Of a stretch of 64,000 nucleotides of DNA, positions 55,800-64,000 are shown piece by piece (position 1 is the stretch's first letter; every line of letters begins with the position of its first letter). The notes beneath the pieces were generated by a model. It saw nothing but the letters and a program-made list of their open reading frames with translations, did not search any database and was not told the origin of the DNA. This DNA comes from a virus: the IMG/VR virus record IMGVR_UViG_3300032087_002150, positions 32,001 through 96,000 of that record; one strand, written 5' to 3'. The position numbers and the translations under genes were made by a program.

Positions 55800-57220
55800 C
55801 CGAAAAACTCCTCAAGCGAACCTGCTTGTTGGAAAGCATTAGGATGATATTCCATCAACATGGACTTACCACCCTTCTTTTCAAGGTATTCATACCACTC
55901 AGTCTCATCCCACATGCCAGGGGAGACACCATTCCAATACTCGCGCCATAACTTATGCTCTTTGTTAAGTCGGCGGTCATCAACGTATTGTTTACGATAC
56001 GACTCATACTCCCAAGAACCCAACTTATCCATATCCTCGCGGAAGTAATATACCAGAGACATACGCATCAAGTCATCTTCACCTGAGTCGGGTGCTTCGA
56101 TAGGAGTGTTGCCATGGATCACTCGCATGTTATCAACGAGTAGCAGGTCTCCTGGTCGAACGTTGATAGCAACGCGAACCTCTGGACAAACAAGATAACC
56201 ACCCTTCCAGTTTCGCTTACCGTCACTGATCACAGTCAGGTTTGAGAATCCTGGGACGAGCGAACCTTGGTCACGGTGGCATGCCATACGTGCATTACGA
56301 TCCTTGGTGGTTGTGTTCACTGTAATCGTAGTGAAGGTTGTATCCTCGCCGATCAAGAAACGGTTGTCCAATCTATCAGCAAATGCTTTCTGCTTGCTGT
56401 ATCGTTCAGGAAGCAACTCGGCGAAAGTCTTGTCGAGTTTACGAGCGAACGGATATGACTTCTCAAACTTCTCACGGTTGTGGTCAACGTATGAAGTCGC
56501 CCGACCATATGGGATACGTGGGTATCGACCATAGAAACCTGCGATACCTGACCAGATAGCAGTCGCATAAGAAGTATCGGAGATCATGGTATCACGAACA
56601 CGCTGAGCATATATTGATGCTGCATGAATATCTGGAGAATAACCAAGACCCTTGGTCAACTCAGAAAGTCGCACCATTAGTTTCGGAAAGAACCCATCAT
56701 ACTCGCCGAACTCTTTCTCAATAGCAGTCGTCAACCAAACTTCGCCTCTCGCCTGCTCATCGTTGCTGCTTTTAGCAATCTCTTCCAACGGATCAGATCC
56801 GTCGATGCTTGGCGGTTGCCCTTTGATGTACCAATCGAGGACTCTACTTTGAAACGCAGTGACCCACTCGCGACCATATGACTTGCCTTCCCTCGGACCT
56901 GCTGCTAGACCACGATTGTTCGACTCAACTGCTGCGCCATACAACCCTTCAAGAGCACCGTCCTGTTCTTCCTGAGTAAACACACCCTTGCGGAACTTAA
57001 ACGCAATACGATCCTCGTTTAGAGTATCACCTGTCAACGAGTTACTCGGAAGATAAAAATCTGTATCTCTATCAATCAAGATGTCATAGTGTTCCTCGTC
57101 AACAAACTGACCAAGGACTTTGTCTTCAGACTCTATGAAGTTAGCAATGTATACATCTTGACCTTCGTCACCAGTGAACCAGTCCCAAGTGTAGTTTCCG
57201 TGTTTGATTTTTTCGTTCAT
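55796..57220 (-). CDS. TET/JBP-family 2OG-Fe(II) nucleic-acid dioxygenase
   Basis: FTTITVN, ACHRD.G, GGYL..PE...A.N..PGDLL, HGNTPI, RMSLV.YFRE; ends SLEEFFG. Confidence 0.85.
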   Translation of the reverse strand: MNEKIKHGNYTWDWFTGDEGQDVYIANFIESEDKVLGQFVDEEHYDILIDRDTDFYLPSNSLTGDTLNEDRIAFKFRKGVFTQEEQDGALEGLYGAAVESNNRGLAAGPREGKSYGREWVTAFQSRVLDWYIKGQPPSIDGSDPLEEIAKSSNDEQARGEVWLTTAIEKEFGEYDGFFPKLMVRLSELTKGLGYSPDIHAASIYAQRVRDTMISDTSYATAIWSGIAGFYGRYPRIPYGRATSYVDHNREKFEKSYPFARKLDKTFAELLPERYSKQKAFADRLDNRFLIGEDTTFTTITVNTTTKDRNARMACHRDQGSLVPGFSNLTVISDGKRNWKGGYLVCPEVRVAINVRPGDLLLVDNMRVIHGNTPIEAPDSGEDDLMRMSLVYYFREDMDKLGSWEYESYRKQYVDDRRLNKEHKLWREYWNGVSPGMWDETEWYEYLEKKGGKSMLMEYHPNAFQQAGSLEEFFG

Positions 57221-57227
57221 AGTTCCT

Positions 57228-57256
57228 ATTCTACTAAATCACAAATCAAAAGTCAA
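57228..57256 (-). promoter_or_regulatory. sigma70 promoter of the TET operon
   Basis: TTGACT-17-TAGAAT, 7 nt upstream of the ATG (near-leaderless). Confidence 0.65.
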
Positions 57257-57409
57257 TACCTGAGAATCAACCATTGTAAACTTTTGACTTTTGGTTCGTA
57301 TCTCTAATCCGTTGTATTTATGTTTGATCCCGTTTTCAGTCATTTCCTTAGATAAAGAGGCGAGGTCATTGTACTTCATTGATTTCTTCTTGGGAATATA
57401 TTTCTTCAT
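57239..57409 (-). CDS. Hypothetical protein (56 aa)
   Basis: Manual translation MKKYIPKKKSMKYNDL... Confidence 0.45.
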   Translation of the reverse strand: MKKYIPKKKSMKYNDLASLSKEMTENGIKHKYNGLEIRTKSQKFTMVDSQVLTFDL

Positions 57410-57921
57410 TTATTATGTTTCTTTGCACCTTTAAGGTACTCATTACCACAATCAGAATGCGGTCCATTGGCATCAACGTAATGTAAGAAGGATTGGTAAA
57501 CCATACCATCTGGATTAGAATCTCTCCAGTGCATCAATGGGCGGTGGTATACTACTGCGTCACCTTGTTCCATAGCATATGAACCACCATCCCAATGAAA
57601 CTCCCAAGGAGATTTTTCATTGCGAAGGCAAACAGTGACACTGACTTGACAAGCAGGACGATCGCTGTGCTTCTCTAAGGTTTCTCCTACGGAATATATT
57701 CTACAATAGTCGTAAGTTGGAATGAGTTCTAATCCAGTAATAGATTCCATCTTCTCGAGAGAATCTTCTAGTAAGTCCCAGTTTGCACCATAGATTGCCC
57801 AAGAGTTTCTACATTGACCGTCATCAAACTGCATATTTTCTTTCATGCTTTCCATTCTATCTGCGTATTGATTCGCAGTGTCAATGTCCAAGAACCCTTT
57901 TACGACTTGCGCGAGTTTCAT
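57406..57921 (-). CDS. 2OG-Fe(II) oxygenase
   Basis: PTY.Y.RIY, LEKHSDRPAC, GDAVVY....HWR, Q.FLHYV. Confidence 0.82.
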   Translation of the reverse strand: MKLAQVVKGFLDIDTANQYADRMESMKENMQFDDGQCRNSWAIYGANWDLLEDSLEKMESITGLELIPTYDYCRIYSVGETLEKHSDRPACQVSVTVCLRNEKSPWEFHWDGGSYAMEQGDAVVYHRPLMHWRDSNPDGMVYQSFLHYVDANGPHSDCGNEYLKGAKKHNK

Positions 57922-59636
57922 GCTGCTATCTTCGAGAAGTTTTTATCTTTAACGAACTCAATCTTAGAGTCGAACTTACCCTCAAGCATTTCACCTTTGT
58001 GTGAAATGATAAACACATTGGTATCTTCGCCGAGAGTATGAATAATCTTCATTAGGTTTTCGATACCTGCTTCATCTAGCGATGAGTCGAACGTCTCATC
58101 AAGGATGAGAAGATTAGTACTGATACTGTTCTTCATCTTAGCAACCTGTCGCCAAGTAAACAAGAGCGCCAAGTCGATACGTTGCTTCTCGCCCTCAGAG
58201 AAAGAGTCATAGGTAAACGAATCACGGTGGCGCGATCGTATAGTTTCTTGGAAACTTTCGTTAAGGTCAAAGTGAACATAGAAGTCTAGGATAGACAGAT
58301 ACTGATTGACGAGCTTGTTGATAACAGGCAAGTATTGTTTTACGATTTTAGTTTTGATGCCAGTATCCTTCAGCATCTCTGCTATCACACTGTTGTATGC
58401 TGCTGTATCATTTAGTTTATTTCTAGTGTCCATCAACTCATGGTATTCTTTTACTAGAACATCATAATCGTCGTTCGCCTTAGCAAGATCTGATTTATCA
58501 TCGGACAAGTTTTCAATGTCGTACTCAGCAATCTGTATTTCCGAGTTACACTTGTTAATCAAATCTTGATGCGTTTGTATCTCGTTTCTCCATTCTTGAT
58601 TCTGACTTGACCTAGACTCGCCTTCAGCAAGACGCTCGGTTACTTCTGCTGTTTCCTCTGTGATTTTAGCAAGAGATGATTGAAACTCTGTTGCTGTGAC
58701 TTTTGCTTGCTCGATTTTCCCTCTTTTGAGTTGCTCGTCGATGTCTTGCTCACAGGTGGGGCAGGTCTGGTTGTTCTCATAGAATCGTGTTTCCTTGACT
58801 AATGCTTTGATTTTAGTTTTTATTTCAGTATTGGCAGATTGAAGATCGACCAAAGCAGATCTCGCTTGAGTGAGTTCTTCTTCTAATCCTATACTGTTCC
58901 CAGAGATTTTATCAGTCAGTTCTGTGATGCTATTAATATGTGATTCTTTCTCATCCTTGTATCGTTGGATGAGTTCTTCTTTTTCCTGTTTAGCATCATG
59001 ATTGAGTTTAGAGATATCGCGAATGTATTTCTTTTGTGCTTCAGTTTTGGTTTCGTTAATCTCAATGTCATGGTATGCTTGATTAATCTTTTCTTTCAAT
59101 GCTGAGTTTCGTTCTTTCAGCAACGCATTCATCTTAGAGAACACGCCGATATCAAGTAGATCTTCGATCACTTCCCTACGGTTGAACGCAGACAGTTGCA
59201 TAAATGGAGTGAAGGAAGAAGAACCAAGTACCACTACCTGATGAAATGTTTTATGGGTCAACTTCAGAATATTCTGCTCTAGGACTTTTTGATATTCTTT
59301 GTTGTGAGAGTTTTGATTGAGCAGAGTACCGTCAACATATATCTCAAACTTCGCAGGTTTTAATCCACGAAACACCCTGTACTTTTTAGCACCGATAGTA
59401 AACTCCACCTCTACTTCACACTTCTTATCGTTGACCGAGTTGACCAGTTGTGGTTTATTTATGTTTCTGTGCGCTTTGCCGAACAATGCGAACGAGATAG
59501 CATCGAGCATAGTTGATTTACCCGAACCGTTTTGTCCAACAACTAATGTGTGTTTGCTCGCATCTAAACTTATATCCGTCCAGTTGTTACCAGTGGACAA
59601 AAAGTTTTTGTATCTAACCGATGTGAAATATATCAT
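57918..59636 (-). CDS. 46: Recombination endonuclease ATPase gp46 (Rad50-like)
   Basis: GQNGSGKS, CPTC zinc hook, FSEGEK, LDE.FD. Confidence 0.96.
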   Translation of the reverse strand: MIYFTSVRYKNFLSTGNNWTDISLDASKHTLVVGQNGSGKSTMLDAISFALFGKAHRNINKPQLVNSVNDKKCEVEVEFTIGAKKYRVFRGLKPAKFEIYVDGTLLNQNSHNKEYQKVLEQNILKLTHKTFHQVVVLGSSSFTPFMQLSAFNRREVIEDLLDIGVFSKMNALLKERNSALKEKINQAYHDIEINETKTEAQKKYIRDISKLNHDAKQEKEELIQRYKDEKESHINSITELTDKISGNSIGLEEELTQARSALVDLQSANTEIKTKIKALVKETRFYENNQTCPTCEQDIDEQLKRGKIEQAKVTATEFQSSLAKITEETAEVTERLAEGESRSSQNQEWRNEIQTHQDLINKCNSEIQIAEYDIENLSDDKSDLAKANDDYDVLVKEYHELMDTRNKLNDTAAYNSVIAEMLKDTGIKTKIVKQYLPVINKLVNQYLSILDFYVHFDLNESFQETIRSRHRDSFTYDSFSEGEKQRIDLALLFTWRQVAKMKNSISTNLLILDETFDSSLDEAGIENLMKIIHTLGEDTNVFIISHKGEMLEGKFDSKIEFVKDKNFSKIAA

Positions 59637-59887
59637 AAGACAGGGAACCTTTCTATCAGATCATAGAACCCACCAATGAGTTCATCGTCAACCCAAACAA
59701 TTGGTAAGGGTTTATCACTAACCCAATATTTTGCGACTTCTTCCGGAGGATTTTTTGCCATTCCAATATCAAACTTTAGAAACTTGTATTCTATTTCTAA
59801 AAGTCTACAGTGCATTTCGCAACGTTTTGACCAAGCACAAATATCCTCACCAAATGGGCCAGTCATGCCAACTATTACAACCATCAA
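59633..59887 (-). CDS. Glutaredoxin-like protein
   Basis: C.WS...LP.VWVD..LIGGF.DL. Confidence 0.55.
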   Translation of the reverse strand: MMVVIVGMTGPFGEDICAWSKRCEMHCRLLEIEYKFLKFDIGMAKNPPEEVAKYWVSDKPLPIVWVDDELIGGFYDLIERFPVL

Positions 59888-60945
59888 GAGATTTCCATAG
59901 TTTGCGCTTCTACCATCAAGTCTGTCATTTCTTTCTTGATACGTTCTTTATCTAAGATAGTTTCAACGTTGTCAACATACTGTGATAGCAAAGTAGATGT
60001 ATCTTCAACTTCAAGTCCTTCGTCGCTTACCGACTCACCAGTAAACTCATTGAAGTCCTCTTGTATTTTAAGATCATAGATATCGCGTTGCTGAATCCTG
60101 TCGATGAATCTCTCGAAAGTAAACCCATCGGTCTTATTAATCACAACAACCTTCACGAACCTCTTGTCCAGTATGGACAAGTCCATCTCGTTGTAATCTT
60201 CCTTCTCATCATCATAGCGAATGCGATGGAAAAGTGTCAGCGGATTACGAACAGGAGTTAGTTCGCGAGTCTCAGTATCAAACACATGAAAGAACTTGTC
60301 ATCATGTGCATCATTCCAAAAGAACTCCATCTGAGAACCAAGGTAATGAATGTTGCCTTGATTAGACTTACAGTGATAATGTCCAGAGAGTACCAACTCA
60401 AACCTGCGTAGATTATCAGTAGACATACCGTGAGTACAAGGCACGCCCCGAAGCATATCAAACCCATTCAACTCAAAGTGACCGCCTACAACATCTGCCT
60501 TACAGTTTACTAGAAACTCATTTATTTCTTCCTCATTGTCTTGGCATATCCAAGGAACCAAAGCAAACTTCAACCCATCATAATCAAGGACAGTTGCTTG
60601 TTGTACAATGTTCACCTCGTTCATGTAATGACCGAGCAGTTCCTTCAATGAGTTGAGTTCGTTGGTATTCTTATAATAGGTGTCATGATTACCAGGAATG
60701 ATGTCCATCGTAATCTTATCTTTACGCAACCTTTCAAGAAACACCTTACGATTACTGTTCAGTGCTTTGAAGTTAATGAACCTTCGGTGTTCGTAATAGT
60801 CACCAAGGTGCACGATATGTTTGATGTCGTTCTCTTCCAGATATGGAAAGAACACTTCGTTATAGAAGCGTTCTTGGTAATCTATAAAAATATCTGAAGA
60901 GTTCCTGATACCACAATGGGTATCGTTTAGTATGGCAAACTTCAA
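59884..60945 (-). CDS. 47: Recombination endonuclease gp47 (Mre11-like)
   Basis: DTHCG, HLGD, PGNHD, SGHYH. Confidence 0.96.
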   Translation of the reverse strand: MKFAILNDTHCGIRNSSDIFIDYQERFYNEVFFPYLEENDIKHIVHLGDYYEHRRFINFKALNSNRKVFLERLRKDKITMDIIPGNHDTYYKNTNELNSLKELLGHYMNEVNIVQQATVLDYDGLKFALVPWICQDNEEEINEFLVNCKADVVGGHFELNGFDMLRGVPCTHGMSTDNLRRFELVLSGHYHCKSNQGNIHYLGSQMEFFWNDAHDDKFFHVFDTETRELTPVRNPLTLFHRIRYDDEKEDYNEMDLSILDKRFVKVVVINKTDGFTFERFIDRIQQRDIYDLKIQEDFNEFTGESVSDEGLEVEDTSTLLSQYVDNVETILDKERIKKEMTDLMVEAQTMEIS

Positions 60946-60947
60946 AA

Positions 60948-61544
60948 CTATTCCTCTAGGAATTCTGTGAGGTCTGAGTCAACTTGATATGATTTTTTAC
61001 GATTAGCGACCTTGGTCACTTTCTTATACTCATCAACTGCTTTGTCTTTTTCTTTCACGTCATCAATGCGGCGACGAAGATTATCAACAAAGGACTGCAC
61101 TGCTTTTGCTACTTGCGGATCTTCGTCAGGGTCAACCATAAACTCTTCGATGCCTGACTCAGCAAGGAACTTTAGTTTTACGTCTTGTTGTTTCTTTTCT
61201 TTCTTGATACGACGAATGAACGCAAACCAAGAGATCTGAGTAAAGTATCCGAATGCGTTTGGTTTACCCTTTCTAGTTGCTGCTTCAATGTTGTAGTTCC
61301 CCACAGCATTCAAACAGTTTTCAACTGCGTCCATCACCATTTCTTCACGATAGGTGTATCGGACAAAGTTTGATTTATGCGAAAGACCTTCAGCAATTTT
61401 TAGAAAGCAGCGAGCAATGTAATCGGTAACCATCGGATCGGGTTGATTCTTTTCCCTCGCCTCTCTAACGGTCTTTACATAATCTACGACTGCTTGTGAA
61501 AACTCTTTGTTATTCACATAATGTGGACGTTCGCTCGGTTTCAT
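60948..61544 (-). CDS. 55: Late sigma factor gp55
   Basis: HYVNNKEF, NF.RYTYREEM..DA.EN, NAF.YFTQI; TTGACA-17-TACAAT at 61573-61601. Confidence 0.95.
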   Translation of the reverse strand: MKPSERPHYVNNKEFSQAVVDYVKTVREAREKNQPDPMVTDYIARCFLKIAEGLSHKSNFVRYTYREEMVMDAVENCLNAVGNYNIEAATRKGKPNAFGYFTQISWFAFIRRIKKEKKQQDVKLKFLAESGIEEFMVDPDEDPQVAKAVQSFVDNLRRRIDDVKEKDKAVDEYKKVTKVANRKKSYQVDSDLTEFLEE

Positions 61545-61597
61545 AATAACTCCAAAAAATACAACAAATAATATTGTACTCTAAAATGATTGAAATG

Positions 61598-61987
61598 TCA
61601 ATCTTTTGGTTTAAACGTGACTACATTGTTTTCGAGAGGAGTTTTGGGTACTGGTTCGCCGTTACCCAATGCCTCTTGAATAGTCTTACAAGAAGTTAGA
61701 TACTGATCTATGAGAGAATCTGCTGGTGTGCAAAGGCAGACTACTGATATTGGGTTTACTGCGCAATGAGTTTCTAAGTTTTCAGTGTATGCAATAAACG
61801 GTTTCATCACATAATAGTTTCTTCCCTCAATAACTTCAAGGTCGTCATAATCAAGATCATCCAGTTCGTTAACAGTTACCGCATAGTTCAACGTAAAAGA
61901 ATTTTCATCTTGCTCAATCATTTGAGCAATGACGACGTCCCCTGTATTGAGAAGGAATTGCCCGATAGAAGGTCTACTGATATTCAT
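61598..61987 (-). CDS. Conserved protein between uvsW and 55
   Basis: Syntenic position; L.TG..VI...NVVTF.P. Confidence 0.6.
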   Translation of the reverse strand: MNISRPSIGQFLLNTGDVVIAQMIEQDENSFTLNYAVTVNELDDLDYDDLEVIEGRNYYVMKPFIAYTENLETHCAVNPISVVCLCTPADSLIDQYLTSCKTIQEALGNGEPVPKTPLENNVVTFKPKD

Positions 61988-63447
61988 ATATGCACCTTGT
62001 GTAGTTCAAAGTCAAACTTCTCTCTATTGTAGATCTTGATCCGCTCGCCTGAGTGATTCAAAGTGAAGTTCTTTTTCGACTGCCATTGTAAGTCGTCGCA
62101 GAGATCATAGAGTTTTGTGTCTTGACCATTGTCTGCTTTTCTAAGTCCTCTACCGATTGACTGTAGAACTTTGACTTGTGATTTAGATGGACTTGCAAAA
62201 ATAATGTTATGGAGGTTCCTAATGTTAATACCAGTAGAAAAAGTGCCAAGACTTGCAACGATGATAGCATTTTTTGATCCCTCTACGATTCCCCGTATTG
62301 ATTCTCTATCCGAAACGTCAGTACCGCCATGTACATAGAAAACACTGTCAAACTTTTCTTTTATTAACTTATGGAGCACTTCACCATGCTTCTCAACAAA
62401 CTGAAAGAGAACTAGAGTGTTGCCTGTTTGAGTCAATGCGAGATTGCGTATCAAATTGTTTCTAGGTTCATATCCAACAAGGAAGTCCACTTCTTCCTGA
62501 TAAGTTCTCCCTACATTCATTCTACGCAGTTCTTTCGGATAGTCAAGAACTAATACATCTATTTTTAGTTTAGCGAGAGTGCCCTGATCTTGTAGGTCGC
62601 GAGTGAAGGTCACTCTCTTGGTTGGTCCGAATAATCCCTCAAGCACAAGTTTATTCACCTGAGTTCCGTCGAGCGTTCCTGTTGTACCAAACCTATAATC
62701 TGCCTCGAGGCATTTATTCATCAGGGTTGTTAATGACTTCGCCTTAAATAAGTGACACTCGTCGCCAAACACACAACCGAACTGCTCGAACCATTCTTTG
62801 CCCAAGCGATAGACTGACTGCCAAGTTGTGATGACTACCCTCTTGTCAGTCTTTTTATCTTTGCCTGAGTATATGATATGACATTCCTCAGGAGAGTCGA
62901 ATCCATAGTCCTCAAAGTCCTTGTACATCTGCTCAACCAACGATGTTGTTGGCACGACTATTAGTACCGACTTCTCATGTTGATCAAGATACCAACGCAT
63001 TAGGTTATAGATTATGAACGACTTACCAGAACCTGTCGGTGACAGCAAGAGGCAGCGTTTGCGTTCTATACCGTGTACGATAGCATCATACTGATAGTCG
63101 CGAGGAGCGAAAGGCATTCCCCACATTGCTTGAGAAGCAACTAACTTCTGATGATCCACCTTGTTAGTTGCATTGGGTAGACCGTAGGGACTGTCCTTCA
63201 ACTGTATATGGTAGTGACGATCTGCTGCGAACCTACAAAGTTTCGTATACAATCCAACGTTGAGTTCACAAGTCAGCGAGTTGAACAAACGAATCTTACC
63301 GTCCCACTGTCTGCGCCGCACAGCAGGCATAAACTTAGCACCAGGAACGTTGAATGAAAAATACTCACTCAGCTCGTGCCGAACTCCTGGTTCGCAGAGA
63401 ACTGCCATCATAGAATGGTTCTGCATTTGAAGAGTGAGTGTTGCCAC
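61984..63447 (-). CDS. uvsW: SF2 helicase UvsW
   Basis: PTGSGKS, DECH, TGT, QSIGRGLR. Confidence 0.96.
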   Translation of the reverse strand: MATLTLQMQNHSMMAVLCEPGVRHELSEYFSFNVPGAKFMPAVRRRQWDGKIRLFNSLTCELNVGLYTKLCRFAADRHYHIQLKDSPYGLPNATNKVDHQKLVASQAMWGMPFAPRDYQYDAIVHGIERKRCLLLSPTGSGKSFIIYNLMRWYLDQHEKSVLIVVPTTSLVEQMYKDFEDYGFDSPEECHIIYSGKDKKTDKRVVITTWQSVYRLGKEWFEQFGCVFGDECHLFKAKSLTTLMNKCLEADYRFGTTGTLDGTQVNKLVLEGLFGPTKRVTFTRDLQDQGTLAKLKIDVLVLDYPKELRRMNVGRTYQEEVDFLVGYEPRNNLIRNLALTQTGNTLVLFQFVEKHGEVLHKLIKEKFDSVFYVHGGTDVSDRESIRGIVEGSKNAIIVASLGTFSTGINIRNLHNIIFASPSKSQVKVLQSIGRGLRKADNGQDTKLYDLCDDLQWQSKKNFTLNHSGERIKIYNREKFDFELHKVHI

Positions 63448-63626
63448 TAGATACCGTAGATGTCTTTTCTAAAATCTTCACTTTTACCAAACTGCGCTGC
63501 TGCTTCTTCTTTCGCTTTCGCTAGAACGATAGGCGAGTTTGGCTTACGTTTCGCTCGATAAGAACCATGCGAACTTAACTTTGCTCTCTTTCTAACTTTC
63601 AGACTGACTTTCATCGTCTTCGACAT
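63447..63626 (-). CDS. Small basic protein
   Basis: Lys/Arg-rich, coupled to uvsW. Confidence 0.5.
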   Translation of the reverse strand: MSKTMKVSLKVRKRAKLSSHGSYRAKRKPNSPIVLAKAKEEAAAQFGKSEDFRKDIYGI

Positions 63627-63972
63627 ATCGCTTCCACACTCCATCTGTTGTCAATTTAAAACATGCTATAAAAAAATCAGGGCGAGTGTTACTCGTCCAT
63701 TCTTCAGGGGCAATCATACTCATAACATCTTGCCCTTTATTATTGTACAGATAATACTTCTTCCCAATGATGGGAGTAACGCCGATAGCAGCATTCTCCA
63801 CACGTGTAGTATCTTGTACCAGTTTCACAAGAGCATCATACTCCTCTTGTAACTTTTCTATCCTGCCTTCTATATATTGGTTTCCCTTCAGTGGGTTGCC
63901 ATGGTCAACGATAGCAGGAAAAGAAGGTGTCGTACCATAAGCGAGCAGAGATTTTTTATCCCCCTGACTCAA
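63592..63972 (-). CDS. DUF2452-like protein
   Basis: L.YGT....P...P.IGK.YYLY...S.I.PEEW; start uncertain (TTG). Confidence 0.65.
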   Translation of the reverse strand: MSQGDKKSLLAYGTTPSFPAIVDHGNPLKGNQYIEGRIEKLQEEYDALVKLVQDTTRVENAAIGVTPIIGKKYYLYNNKGQDVMSMIAPEEWTSNTRPDFFIACFKLTTDGVWKRYVEDDESQSES

Positions 63973-64000
63973 ACCTTCGTACCTCTATGATATTTCGAAT

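Noticed and set aside
162-62465. Numerous plus-strand and alternate-frame ORFs in the track (e.g. 12913-13488, 37960-38589, 50203-50934, 51484-52263)
   Set aside because: Antisense shadows of well-supported minus-strand genes, with no RBS or motifs
23737-63447. Introns, inteins or stop-codon recoding in core genes
   Set aside because: gp41, UvsX, gp43, gp44, gp46, gp47 and UvsW are uninterrupted and of normal length in the standard code

Overview
This is a 64-kb segment of a large T4-like (Tevenvirinae/Kyanoviridae-style) myophage genome, almost all coded on the minus strand. It probably infects a marine heterotrophic proteobacterium; this host call is an inference from the aceA, AOX, cytochrome c, PsiE and TonB-box content. 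The right half holds the T4 replication/recombination core (UvsW, gp55, gp47, gp46, gp45, gp44, gp62, RegA, gp43, UvsX, gp41), interleaved with glycosyl- and methyltransferases, an isocitrate lyase/cytochrome c/alternative oxidase island, tRNA-Pro and a MoxR-vWA pair. The left half is accessory: many small early ORFs, a non-coding structured region at 17.5-19.9 kb, two Dam-family methylases (one paired with an EcoRI-like nuclease), Hsp20, a DenV-like glycosylase and an exonuclease. The best candidate for a new system is a three-gene operon of TET/JBP dioxygenase, cytidylyltransferase and TAGT/GREB1-like glycosyltransferase. Its TET and GT both end in the same sliding-clamp-binding tail as the DNA polymerase (SVSLEDFFA / SLEEFFG), suggesting replisome-coupled DNA hypermodification with a CDP-activated donor; RGCY also appears strongly depleted. 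Other highlights are nine sigma70 promoters with an IHF-like box 18-19 bp upstream of -35, a ROSE-like thermometer before hsp20, a mini secreted protein that is essentially a TonB box, and a tandem-pseudoknot RNA. All family calls come from motif recognition by eye; no searches were run.
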